Source of the DNA: Vagococcus xieshaowenii
GTDB lineage: Bacteria > Bacillota > Bacilli > Lactobacillales > Vagococcaceae
Reading direction: 5' to 3'
NCBI RefSeq assembly: GCF_004792515.1
Contig: NZ_CP038865.1
Coordinates: 1,218,770-1,242,769 of the forward strand
DNA: 24,000 bases
Shown here: piece after piece, positions 1 through 8,397 of the stretch
Numbering within the stretch: position 1 is the first letter of the stretch
Layout: each line of letters starts with the position of its first letter
Notes under the pieces: generated by a model
Seen by the model: the letters and a program-made list of their open reading frames with translations, nothing else
Databases searched by the model: none
What the model was told of the DNA's origin: nothing
Translations under genes and position numbers: made by a program

Positions 1-2105
1 CCGCTAGTATTCTTTATTTCATAAGAAGCTGTTTCTGTATTTTTAAAATTATTCTTAACTTTTTCAAAAAAAGCATCCCACGACTCTTCAAAAAAATCTG
101 TTCTTACATGGTTTTCGTTTAAATTAACTCGATTTAAAAATTCAGTGAAAATGCCTGGTCTAATTCTATACTGCATTTTTTGTTCTTCATCAATTATTAA
201 TTTTGCACCGCCAACAAAATCATCGTAAGCATAATCTTGATGAAATTGAATAAATTCAAATTGGTCATGATTATTTAACTCCTCAATTGAAATACCAATC
301 ATTTCAGAGGCTATTTTTTTTGCTAAATAAGTTTTTCCAACACCACTAGGACCTGTTAGAATAATATTTTTTGAAACAAAAGTTTTTTCTATATATTCGA
401 GTATTCCTTCTTTTTCTTCTAAAGAATCATTTATTTTAAGCGATTCATTCTCAGGTAAAACTTCTTGCTCATTAATATCAACATGACTTTTGCCATTATT
501 TAATTTTTCCAAGATACTAAATAATTTTTCATAAGAATAACTATTTCCTAATGCTATCTTGTTCGATGATACATGCCATACACTATCATAAATCCCCCTC
601 ATTGAAGCAATTGATTTTTTTTCTAAAAAATTACCAATTGACTGTTTGGGATGGCTTGTCGACAGAAGAACAAAGTTTTTTTGATACAGTGTTGCTTGCG
701 AATCATAATACAAGAAAACATCTCCAAACTTTATAAAGGGAAATTCTACTAAATTATGACCATCCATAAATTCCCTAGTTAGTTCAATATCCGATAAAAG
801 AGTTTCTCTCTTGCTCTCAATCAATTTAAAATAATTTTCACGTCCTATATTATTCGCTATTATTTGACTTCTAGCATCTTCAATTGCTGTTAAAAATTCA
901 TCAAGATATATTTTAAATTTATTAATGGATGCTTCTCTTGAATTCATTATGATTTCTTCATTTAATTCCTTTGTTACTTCATGATTAATTAATGTTTTAG
1001 AAGCTTTTGCAGATTGGACAGGTTGTTTCTTTATAAGATTACTAGATGCTTTCTTTAATCCGGTTCTATAAATTAAAGGTAAACATAAGAAAAAATTATC
1101 CGACCAGCCATATTGTTTATACTTTGTAAAAACATCAATAATTAATTTATCTTCATCAAGCTTTACTTTTTTCATTTTAAAAAAAGATTTCACGCGAGTC
1201 ACGACATCTTTTTCTTTTTTTATATTCCAGCCATCTAAATTTCTAGCTAGGCGTTCAAAATATTGAGGCGTGTATTTTAGTTCAATATGTGCTTCAATTT
1301 CCTTTCTTGTGATTTTGTTTTGTTTCAACTGCTGTTTAAAATCATCTTCTGGTTCAAATAGAACCAGTTCCATATTATCTTTGGTATCAAGCATAAACGA
1401 TTCAAAAACGTTTCTATATGGATTTAAATTTGGACTGTATTCCATCAAATGCAAATCTACTTTTCTTATTTCTTGTAAAATTGCTTGATAATCTGCTGTA
1501 AAAATCGGAAAATTTGTCCGTTTAAATTCAGAGAATCTTATTCCTAATGTCTTATTCAATTTAACTGGTTCATTGTATGAATTATTTCGATATAAAGCAA
1601 AATTATATTTTTTCCATAAATCTTCAGGAAATTCGTATTTTCTGTCTTTTAACCAAAGTAATTCATCCATTGAAACATCTATTCTATTAATTCCTCTTTT
1701 TATTTCATCAGCAACCTTTTGTGAAATATTAAGATGATCCTTAAAGTGAGTAATTCCAAGACCCATTTTTTGATTAGATTTAGTTGATTTAATTACGTAT
1801 TGATACTTTAATGGATAACCACATTTGCACCGTAAATTCTTGCTTACCTTCTTTTGATAATTCCAATCTACCTCTAATCTATCAAATTCCCATTCTGTAT
1901 TTTCCAAATACCTTTTCGTAGAAAAAACAGAACGTAATCGATATTTTTTTTGATCATTAACTAGTTGTTTCTCATTCTTAGTTAATTTATTGTATAAAGA
2001 ATCTCGCTCCTCTTTTAGATAATGTTTTGTACATTCTTTTGGATAATACTTTAAACCATAAGTATTTGGATACCATTTATCAAATAATTGTAAATAATTA
2101 ATCAT
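1..2105 (-). CDS. McrB-like AAA+ NTPase (McrBC / type IV restriction-family motor) with a long unrecognised N-terminal region; partial, C-terminus lies beyond position 1
   Basis: This ORF is absent from the ORF track because it has no in-window stop. Reading the reverse complement from ATG 2105-2103 (SD GAGAGGGA at 2111-2118) gives 701 uninterrupted codons down to position 3 (MINYLQLFDKWYPNTYGLKYYPKECTKHYL...). Walker A NIILTGPSGVGKTYLAKK is encoded around 330-353, with the Gly at about residue 585. It is followed by FEFIQFHQDYAYDDFVGG (core at 216-245) and YRIRPGIFTEF (about 147-161), which resemble the McrB hallmark FHQSYSYEDF...G.F. As a consistency check, a stop in this frame would have produced a listed minus-strand ORF starting at 2105, and none is listed. 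Confidence 0.8.
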   Translation of the reverse strand, partial: MINYLQLFDKWYPNTYGLKYYPKECTKHYLKEERDSLYNKLTKNEKQLVNDQKKYRLRSVFSTKRYLENTEWEFDRLEVDWNYQKKVSKNLRCKCGYPLKYQYVIKSTKSNQKMGLGITHFKDHLNISQKVADEIKRGINRIDVSMDELLWLKDRKYEFPEDLWKKYNFALYRNNSYNEPVKLNKTLGIRFSEFKRTNFPIFTADYQAILQEIRKVDLHLMEYSPNLNPYRNVFESFMLDTKDNMELVLFEPEDDFKQQLKQNKITRKEIEAHIELKYTPQYFERLARNLDGWNIKKEKDVVTRVKSFFKMKKVKLDEDKLIIDVFTKYKQYGWSDNFFLCLPLIYRTGLKKASSNLIKKQPVQSAKASKTLINHEVTKELNEEIIMNSREASINKFKIYLDEFLTAIEDARSQIIANNIGRENYFKLIESKRETLLSDIELTREFMDGHNLVEFPFIKFGDVFLYYDSQATLYQKNFVLLSTSHPKQSIGNFLEKKSIASMRGIYDSVWHVSSNKIALGNSYSYEKLFSILEKLNNGKSHVDINEQEVLPENESLKINDSLEEKEGILEYIEKTFVSKNIILTGPSGVGKTYLAKKIASEMIGISIEELNNHDQFEFIQFHQDYAYDDFVGGAKLIIDEEQKMQYRIRPGIFTEFLNRVNLNENHVRTDFFEESWDAFFEKVKNNFKNTETASYEIKNTS

Positions 2106-2141
2106 TATACTCCCTCTCAAAAAACAATTGTTATTATATTG

Positions 2142-2170
2142 ATTATCATACATTATTATTTGACTAGCAA
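2142..2170 (-). promoter_or_regulatory. Candidate sigma-A promoter for the McrB-like gene
   Basis: On the minus strand, TTGCTA (2170-2165) is followed by a 17-nt spacer and GATAAT (2147-2142). A perfect 10-bp palindrome AACAATTGTT (2123-2132) lies between this -10 and the SD and could be an operator. The call rests on motifs only. Confidence 0.35.
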
Positions 2171-2247
2171 CGATAAAATAGGAACGATTAAATTTAAAAT
2201 ACTCAAGACTGTATTTTTAATGGCATTTCAAAAACATGTGATTGTAG

Positions 2248-2326
2248 CTCAAACGTATCCAAAACCATTTGACGAAGAGACAAAAAAAAACTCTAAACGT
2301 TCATTTAACAACGTTTAGAGCGTATA
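2248..2326. repeat. Left copy of an imperfect direct repeat of about 75-85 bp (includes a terminator hairpin)
   Basis: Three colinear perfect blocks are shared with 17055-17142. They are cgtatccaaa (2254-2263 and 17073-17082), caaaaaaaa (2281-2289 and 17094-17102) and atttaacaacgttta (2303-2317 and 17119-17133). The offsets are 14819, 14813 and 14816. The last block extends to 21 of 23 matches. Confidence 0.5.
2282..2320 (-). terminator. Rho-independent terminator ending the yhf-like operon
   Basis: There is a perfect 11-bp stem, ctctaaacgtt (2291-2301) with aacgtttagag (2310-2320), and an 8-nt loop. The A9 run at 2282-2290 becomes a U9 tail on the minus-strand transcript. Confidence 0.8.
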
Positions 2327-2552
2327 TATAGAAAATAGCCCACGCTACCTTCCAATGAAAACTTGGAAGATAATTAACTAATAAAGACAATAATATCAGC
2401 ACTCTCTGATTAGAAAATACTGATACTATTGCTACATGATATTGCTTGATAGCAATCAAAACGTACCCAAAAACGAATCCAATTTTGCAGGTAGAGAAGT
2501 TGTTTGAATCCTTTTTAATATTTATATAAAACATAATTTTAGCTAACTAATT

Positions 2553-3590
2553 TTATATACCTCTTTCAAAATAGTTTTTTAAATTTCCAAAATAACTTTC
2601 AATCAATCCATCTTCATTTATTTGAAATTTATTAGCTATTTCAAATATTTTTTGGATATTCTCTATATTGTTTTTAGCCATTATAACATATCCAGTACTT
2701 AGCTCATTAGTTGGTACTGTCAAAACAATAACATTAAGCATATTTGCTACACGAATGTAACCTTTATTTGCAAGTTTTTGTTTTTCTTTTGTTTCATTGT
2801 CGAAATGTCCATAAATTGTATCACCAAGTCCATTAAGATCAACTGGTCCTTCTTTAGAAATCACAATATCGTAATCAGATAAATAAGAATCTAACTCTTC
2901 AATCAAGTCTTTTCTAGAATATTTATATTTATTATTCATATTCTTTTTTTCTATCTTATAATTACTTTTTTGCATGAATTTTTCATCCAGCTGTTCATCC
3001 ATTAATACGGTTATCGAATTATGTAATTTTGATTGAAAAGATTCAATCTCCAATAATCCACTAACTAATTTTTCAATATGAAATAATTCTCTTGAAATTA
3101 ACCCAATTGAAGGAGCAAATACAATCCCATCTGTTGAAATTTTTTTCTCGTAAAGAAAACTTGGATCTTTACCTATGGTTGGGTGAATAAAACCAAATAA
3201 ATTTAAACTCATAGCAGGGGCAAGTACAGAGCCTCCACCATCCGTACCCACTCCTACATCATTAATTCTCAAAAATACGTTTATTGCTGTACCACTTGAA
3301 GAACCCGTCATTGGTTTACCTGTAATTGGATTTTTCAAATCAATATCTATAGCTCTTCCTGAATGACTAGCTTTATCCACTGTATGATGAAAATAATTTA
3401 ACGTTTCCATTTTTTTAATCAAGTCATTAGAAATAAGACTTACATTCTTAGTGCCAAAATAATACCCGTTACTGTCACTAATATTATCAATAGAATTAGG
3501 GTAAGTTTTAATTACTGATTTGTATGGATTACTTATTGCAACAAATGTTTTTTTAGCGTATTCTTTAATACGATTATTTCTCCTCTTCAT
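2553..3590 (-). CDS. Short divergent amidase-signature (AS) family protein
   Basis: NPITGKPMTGSSSGTAINV...GVGTDGGGSVLAPAMSL aligns with the AS core NP...GGSSGGSAAAVA...LGTDTGGSIRIPA. The start was re-called to ATG 3590 (residue 12 of the track ORF) because GGAGG lies 4 nt upstream, whereas the track TTG at 3623 has no SD. The protein is 345 aa, compared with about 450-500 aa for typical AS amidases. It is the last gene of the operon. Confidence 0.7.
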   Translation of the reverse strand: MKRRNNRIKEYAKKTFVAISNPYKSVIKTYPNSIDNISDSNGYYFGTKNVSLISNDLIKKMETLNYFHHTVDKASHSGRAIDIDLKNPITGKPMTGSSSGTAINVFLRINDVGVGTDGGGSVLAPAMSLNLFGFIHPTIGKDPSFLYEKKISTDGIVFAPSIGLISRELFHIEKLVSGLLEIESFQSKLHNSITVLMDEQLDEKFMQKSNYKIEKKNMNNKYKYSRKDLIEELDSYLSDYDIVISKEGPVDLNGLGDTIYGHFDNETKEKQKLANKGYIRVANMLNVIVLTVPTNELSTGYVIMAKNNIENIQKIFEIANKFQINEDGLIESYFGNLKNYFERGI

Positions 3591-3624
3591 AATTCCTCCA
3601 AAAAAAGCCTGGATATTATCCAAG

Positions 3625-4839
3625 CTAATTATTTATTATATTTTTAAGAAAAGAATGACCATTTTGCGGCGATGATACACCAAAGAATTCTGAGACTGTG
3701 GCACCAACGTCAGCTAAAGTTAATCGTTCACCAATCATTCTCCCTTGAACTCCTGGACTATAAATCAATAACGGAACGCGTTCCCTTGTATGATTACTAT
3801 GTCCGATTGTTGGGTCATTTCCATGATCAGCCATTACAATTAATATATCACCTTTATTTAATAATGGTAATAATTCTCCTATTCGTTTGTCACTAAGCTC
3901 TAGACGATCTGAATATCTACTAACATCTTCAGCATGCCCCGCTAAATCTGTTTCCTGAATATTAAGAGCAATAAAACCTGTTTCGATAGATTCAATTTCT
4001 GAAATCAAACAATCAAAAAGATATTCTGAGTCAACTCCTGGAAATAGTCGCTTACTATCCGTTTGAATAATATCAGCAATTTTACCTAAGAAAGAAACAG
4101 TAATCCCAGCTTTGTCAAGAATTGTAGGTGTTTGAACATTTTTCTCAATACCGTAACCTAAATGAACTACCTGATATCCATGATTGTAGACGCCAGATTC
4201 TGGTGCATCTACTCCTGCTATCTCATTATTTTTTGTTTTTCTAGCAGCTAAAATATCATCTAACGTGATTTGTTCTCCTCCAAAGGTAATCACTCGAGAT
4301 ACTTCTACAACTTCACGAACTGCATATCCAATTTTTTTTAACTCTTCAAAACTCACTAAATCTAAGCTAGCAGTTACATTATACACCTGACCATAATCTG
4401 TTTCTAAATTGTCACCAACTGTAGCATATTCATTGACAACTAGTATTTCAGTTCCTTTATCTCCAACACGTCTTACTTTATAACCATGCTTGTGTAAATT
4501 TTCTTCAACAATATCTATTTTTTGATTGAAAGGTTGAATTAAAGGAACTTTCGGCGTAGTCCCCATTATTTCTTGATGCCCTAAAAAAGAATCTGCTCCA
4601 TGATGTGCAAGGTTAGAAGTTCCATAATTAGAGGTTGTGCTGAAATGATGTTTACCGATTTCATATCCCAATGCATTCATCAATCCTAATTTTTCAAGAA
4701 CAGGTAGCTGAATTTCAATATTTTGTTCAATAATGTGACCAGCAGTACTACTTCCAATATCTTGAGGCCTTACTTCGATACAATCATTCATTGCACCTAC
4801 CCCAAAACTATCCAAAACTATTACGATAAATCTACTCAT
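3625..4839 (-). CDS. yhfW: Phosphopentomutase-like metalloenzyme (YhfW family)
   Basis: The sequence MSRFIVIVLDSFGVGAM...ADHGNDPT...HT.E.VPLL is typical of the DeoB/alkaline-phosphatase superfamily. The SD GAAGGTGA overlaps the upstream stop. Its position in the yhf-type cluster supports the call. Confidence 0.85.
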   Translation of the reverse strand: MSRFIVIVLDSFGVGAMNDCIEVRPQDIGSSTAGHIIEQNIEIQLPVLEKLGLMNALGYEIGKHHFSTTSNYGTSNLAHHGADSFLGHQEIMGTTPKVPLIQPFNQKIDIVEENLHKHGYKVRRVGDKGTEILVVNEYATVGDNLETDYGQVYNVTASLDLVSFEELKKIGYAVREVVEVSRVITFGGEQITLDDILAARKTKNNEIAGVDAPESGVYNHGYQVVHLGYGIEKNVQTPTILDKAGITVSFLGKIADIIQTDSKRLFPGVDSEYLFDCLISEIESIETGFIALNIQETDLAGHAEDVSRYSDRLELSDKRIGELLPLLNKGDILIVMADHGNDPTIGHSNHTRERVPLLIYSPGVQGRMIGERLTLADVGATVSEFFGVSSPQNGHSFLKNIINN

Positions 4840-4843
4840 TTTA

Positions 4844-6001
4844 TCACCTTCTAATTAAATTCCCTAAACTGTTATATATTCCTTCAAGTTTTGGAGTTCC
4901 CGAGCTGATACCTGATACAACCGCTACATCACTTCTAGTGACGAACACTTGCGTTCTAAATGCCGCGATGACCGTAGAACCAACTGGATGAACTTTATTG
5001 CTTTCTAAATAATAATCAATACTTTCATTTCCAAATGGTGCTACTGTATCCTTGGAATAATTTTCATCTTTATCAATTACTAAAATATTTTCAAGATGCC
5101 CTCTTCGGTAATACCCTCCTCCATAAAAATATGAATGACCATCTAAAGAATGTGAGATTTCACTGACGTATACCATACTTGGTAATTCTTCTAAATCTAA
5201 TTTTGCATGAAGAGGCGTAGTACCTGTTAAAGCATGACCCGGCTCTCCCTGTGTTCCTTGTATTCCCTTGATTAGTGGAATTGTAGTACAACAAGTAGCT
5301 GAAGGAATATTTAGTTCTTGAACTTCGATGCCATGTTTCTTAAATATATTTCTAGCTGTATTAATAGTTTTCACATTATTTGTGGGCTTCAACTCTTTTT
5401 CACCATCAAATAAAAAACAAGGAAAAGAGGTAATACCAGCTATTTTAATATTATCTAACTTCTTAGCTATAGCTATTAATTCTTCTAAGTCCTCTAAATG
5501 ATAGCCACCAAACTGTCCTTCATATATTTCATCTGTAGGCTCAACAACTTTGATTAATACTTGTTGTACTTTATTTAATTTTTGAGCAACAGTATTTATA
5601 TTGTTCAACATTTCATTAGAAAATACAGTTATAAATTTGGGTCCATACGCAATTATTCTCTCTAACATGTTTTTGGGTACTTGAACTAGATGACCTACAT
5701 TACCTATGGGCAAATTATGTTCCATCATTATCAGCGCTTCTTTAAAATCAACGACCACCGCATGACTGATACCCGCTTCAACAATTTTCCGAGATACTAA
5801 TGGGTTTCTCCCAAACTGTTTCGTCATATAAAAAAGTTCTAATTTATACTTGTCTGCTTTTTCCTTCATCACCTTAGCATTGTGAGTAATCATATCTAAA
5901 TCTAACACGTACGTATCTGGTAAGATTAATCCTTGTTTATGTAGTTGAGACGCTGCCTCAATAAGTTTGGGATTCCTACGTTTAGTCAGTTCTAAAAACA
6001 T
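4844..6001 (-). CDS. yhfX: Alanine-racemase-N-terminal-fold PLP barrel protein (YhfX family)
   Basis: The N-terminus MFLELTKRRNPKLIEAASQLHKQGLILPDTYVLDLD and the 385-aa length fit my recollection of E. coli YhfX. The SD AAGGAGG is followed by 5 nt (ATTAA), which contains the yhfY stop TAA, and then the ATG. The cluster context also supports the call. Confidence 0.8.
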   Translation of the reverse strand: MFLELTKRRNPKLIEAASQLHKQGLILPDTYVLDLDMITHNAKVMKEKADKYKLELFYMTKQFGRNPLVSRKIVEAGISHAVVVDFKEALIMMEHNLPIGNVGHLVQVPKNMLERIIAYGPKFITVFSNEMLNNINTVAQKLNKVQQVLIKVVEPTDEIYEGQFGGYHLEDLEELIAIAKKLDNIKIAGITSFPCFLFDGEKELKPTNNVKTINTARNIFKKHGIEVQELNIPSATCCTTIPLIKGIQGTQGEPGHALTGTTPLHAKLDLEELPSMVYVSEISHSLDGHSYFYGGGYYRRGHLENILVIDKDENYSKDTVAPFGNESIDYYLESNKVHPVGSTVIAAFRTQVFVTRSDVAVVSGISSGTPKLEGIYNSLGNLIRR

Positions 6002-6002
6002 A

Positions 6003-6353
6003 TTAATCCTCCTTAAGAATATTAATAATATGTAAGTAGAAATAATCTAATTCCGATTCTTCAAATTCATTTCCATTAATCTTTTCTAATTCTGACCAAA
6101 TAACTTTTGCTTTTTCATATTTTGGATTCATCATAATATCGGAAATAATAAACTCATCTAAACTAGCAACAGCTTCATTTTTAACCCGTCTAGCATCTGC
6201 CATCGCCAAATGTGTTAAAAAAACTTCAGCCTCTGCAGATTCTTTAATAATCTCTTTATTCAATAAATATTCTAAAACTTCTAAGGAATAATCTTGTGTC
6301 TCTTTGCTAATAACGTCTGTACTAACTAAAATTTCTAGTTTCTGTTTAATCAT
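6003..6353 (-). CDS. yhfY: Stand-alone PRD-domain protein (YhfY family)
   Basis: The protein is 116 aa and carries the PRD-type motif FLTHLAMADARR with a conserved His. It has no RNA- or DNA-binding domain. The SD is AAGGAG. Confidence 0.8.
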   Translation of the reverse strand: MIKQKLEILVSTDVISKETQDYSLEVLEYLLNKEIIKESAEAEVFLTHLAMADARRVKNEAVASLDEFIISDIMMNPKYEKAKVIWSELEKINGNEFEESELDYFYLHIINILKED

Positions 6354-6364
6354 TGTGCACTCCT

Positions 6365-7288
6365 TTAATATCTGGGAATAATTTCTCCATCTTTCACTTG
6401 CTTTTGTATTTTCAATACATTTTCTTTATCAAATATTTTATTGAAAAAAGCTTGCATTGATTTATCTTCTTCATGACAAATAATCACAGAAGTATTCAAA
6501 TCTGTTTCAATAAGCGTGTTCTTCAACATTACTGCCTTGAGTTCATGGAGATTTTTATCCTTTATCTCGTCATAATTCCAAATCCCTGCATCAATAATTC
6601 CTTCTTTTAATGAATAGATAATTTGATGTCCTGGCATTTCAATCAATTCAACCTGTTTGTTTACTATATTTTCTTGTGTCAATAACTGCTGATCTAACGA
6701 ACTATAATCAATTGCAATACGCATACTATCTTCAATTGTTTCTTTCGTGGAATCAGAAAACAAAAGAACATGCTGACTAAGATAAGTTTTTTCACCAAAG
6801 TCAACCGTTATACAAACTGGTTCACCTTGGTTAATCGCTTGATTGGCAGCAAATTTTGAGACTACAGCAAAGCGATAAGTTTTCATTAATATTGAACGTA
6901 CCCTTTCCTTTGACCCTCTAATATAAGCAAGATTTAACTTTGAATTATGTTTACTAAATTCATCATAAATACCAGTGGCTAAACCTTCATACAATTTAGA
7001 GTAAGGTAATGTCATAGTTCCTAAAATAGATTCAGAAAGAGCATATTCTTGCAAAATAGGATAATTAATTTCTTCGATAAAAGTACCAAGATGCCCTCTG
7101 CTAACCAAAGCAATCGCTTTTTCATCTTTTAAATACTTAATTGCAGTTTGAATAGTTCCTCTTGCCACACCATAATGTTCTTGAAATTCCGAAATACTTG
7201 GCATTCTATCCCCTTTTTTTAATTGTAGAAAATCTGAAGCAAGTTGATTTATAATTATGCCTTTTTTTGTTAAGAACTTATTGCCCAT
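6365..7288 (-). CDS. yhfZ: GntR-type wHTH regulator with YhfZ-type C-terminal domain
   Basis: The N-terminal sequence MPSISEFQEHYGVARGTIQTAIKYLKDEKAIALVSRGHLGTFI is a GntR-like wHTH. The 307-aa length and cluster context match YhfZ. Confidence 0.8.
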   Translation of the reverse strand: MGNKFLTKKGIIINQLASDFLQLKKGDRMPSISEFQEHYGVARGTIQTAIKYLKDEKAIALVSRGHLGTFIEEINYPILQEYALSESILGTMTLPYSKLYEGLATGIYDEFSKHNSKLNLAYIRGSKERVRSILMKTYRFAVVSKFAANQAINQGEPVCITVDFGEKTYLSQHVLLFSDSTKETIEDSMRIAIDYSSLDQQLLTQENIVNKQVELIEMPGHQIIYSLKEGIIDAGIWNYDEIKDKNLHELKAVMLKNTLIETDLNTSVIICHEEDKSMQAFFNKIFDKENVLKIQKQVKDGEIIPRY

Positions 7289-7302
7289 TTGATCCCTCTT
7301 CT

Positions 7303-8394
7303 CTATACAATACTCATTGCTTTCTTAAGTATTCGAATAATTGTATCCACACCAGCTCTATTTGGGTTAATCCGAATCATTGAGTCCTCAGCTAGAGGAT
7401 TTGCTGAACGGAATGTTCCCGATACTCGATAGACTAACGGCGCAAATTCATACTTTGATTCTGCACCCACCGGATGAGGAAGTGCTCCTAAAGTTGTTGC
7501 TGCTTCAATAATTTTTTTGGCGTTGTTTTCTTTTAAATTGATAACTACAACTTTTGATTGAGCATTAACAACAAAGGCACTTTCTAATCCAGGGACTTCT
7601 CCTTTATTAATTCTATCACATAATTCTTCACTAACCTTTGAAGAAATAGCTAATGAAACCGGTGCGTAAATAAGCCCTTTTAACACATCTAAAGCCTCAT
7701 GACCTTGTACCTGACCACCACCAGAGTAATTTTCTTGTTTTAGTTTATCAAGATAAATTTTATCGCCTACAATACATCCAATGCCTTCAGGACCTAACAA
7801 CTTAAATGTTGAAAAACAGGCTAAATTGCCTCCTAATTGACTACCAATTCCTTTAGTTTTTAAAGCAGAGTAATTATCATCTGTCACAATAGGAATTGTT
7901 TTATCGACAGATTTGATAGTTCCTATAAGTTCTTCTAAATCATAAAAATCATCAATTTTTTGACGAGTCACTTGAATCAACACACCGTCAATCTCATGTT
8001 TATTCAGACATTGCTTCACTTCACTTAAATCATTAAAGTTAGCCTCAATCGTATTAATGCCTAACATATCAATAGATACTTTAGTGGTTGGATAAATTGG
8101 TGCTTGGTGAACCAATATCGTTTTACCAGTTCCAACGGCACTATGTAAAGCTAATCTAATTGCATTAGTACCAGATCCACGTACCAATAATGCTGATTCA
8201 CAACCGAAAAAGTGAGCTAAAGTCTCTTCAGTTTTTTTAGTAGTTATTGGTTGATTTAAACCTTTAACTACACCTAAATCACCCCGTGTTAGAATTTCAT
8301 TTCCAGGAAAAAACCTAGTTATTGAATCTACCAGTTTAAACTGTAAATTAGTCGCTTCCTCTAAAGTTAAACTTTTCAATGGATACGTATTCAT
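7303..8394 (-). CDS. yhfS: PLP-dependent fold-type I enzyme (YhfS family)
   Basis: The protein is 363 aa. FSTFKLLGPEGIG contains the candidate PLP lysine. The C-terminal GAESKYEFAPLVYRVSGTF...IRINPNR, the length and the gene order all fit YhfS. Confidence 0.8.
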   Translation of the reverse strand: MNTYPLKSLTLEEATNLQFKLVDSITRFFPGNEILTRGDLGVVKGLNQPITTKKTEETLAHFFGCESALLVRGSGTNAIRLALHSAVGTGKTILVHQAPIYPTTKVSIDMLGINTIEANFNDLSEVKQCLNKHEIDGVLIQVTRQKIDDFYDLEELIGTIKSVDKTIPIVTDDNYSALKTKGIGSQLGGNLACFSTFKLLGPEGIGCIVGDKIYLDKLKQENYSGGGQVQGHEALDVLKGLIYAPVSLAISSKVSEELCDRINKGEVPGLESAFVVNAQSKVVVINLKENNAKKIIEAATTLGALPHPVGAESKYEFAPLVYRVSGTFRSANPLAEDSMIRINPNRAGVDTIIRILKKAMSIV

Positions 8395-8397
8395 TTT

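Noticed and set aside
551-1488. Plus-strand track ORFs 551-736 (61 aa) and 1270-1488 (72 aa)
   Set aside because: Both lie antisense inside the 701-codon McrB-like ORF. They have no SD and low-complexity Leu/Phe/Ser-rich products typical of shadow frames in AT-rich DNA.
314-1951. A7-A8 homopolymer tracts in the coding strand of the McrB-like gene (for example 314-321, 615-622, 1944-1951) as possible phase-variation switches
   Set aside because: Runs of 7-8 A are expected from AAA Lys codons in a Lys-rich protein of an AT-rich genome. They are shorter than tracts usually shown to phase-vary, and there is no evidence of length heterogeneity from a single sequence.
2301-2534. Minus-strand 77-aa ORF in the intergenic region
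   Set aside because: It has no SD before its ATG. Its reading frame runs through the terminator hairpin. The hydrophobic composition is explained by T-rich codons. It is treated as spurious, and the region is reported instead as an unexplained 3' UTR.
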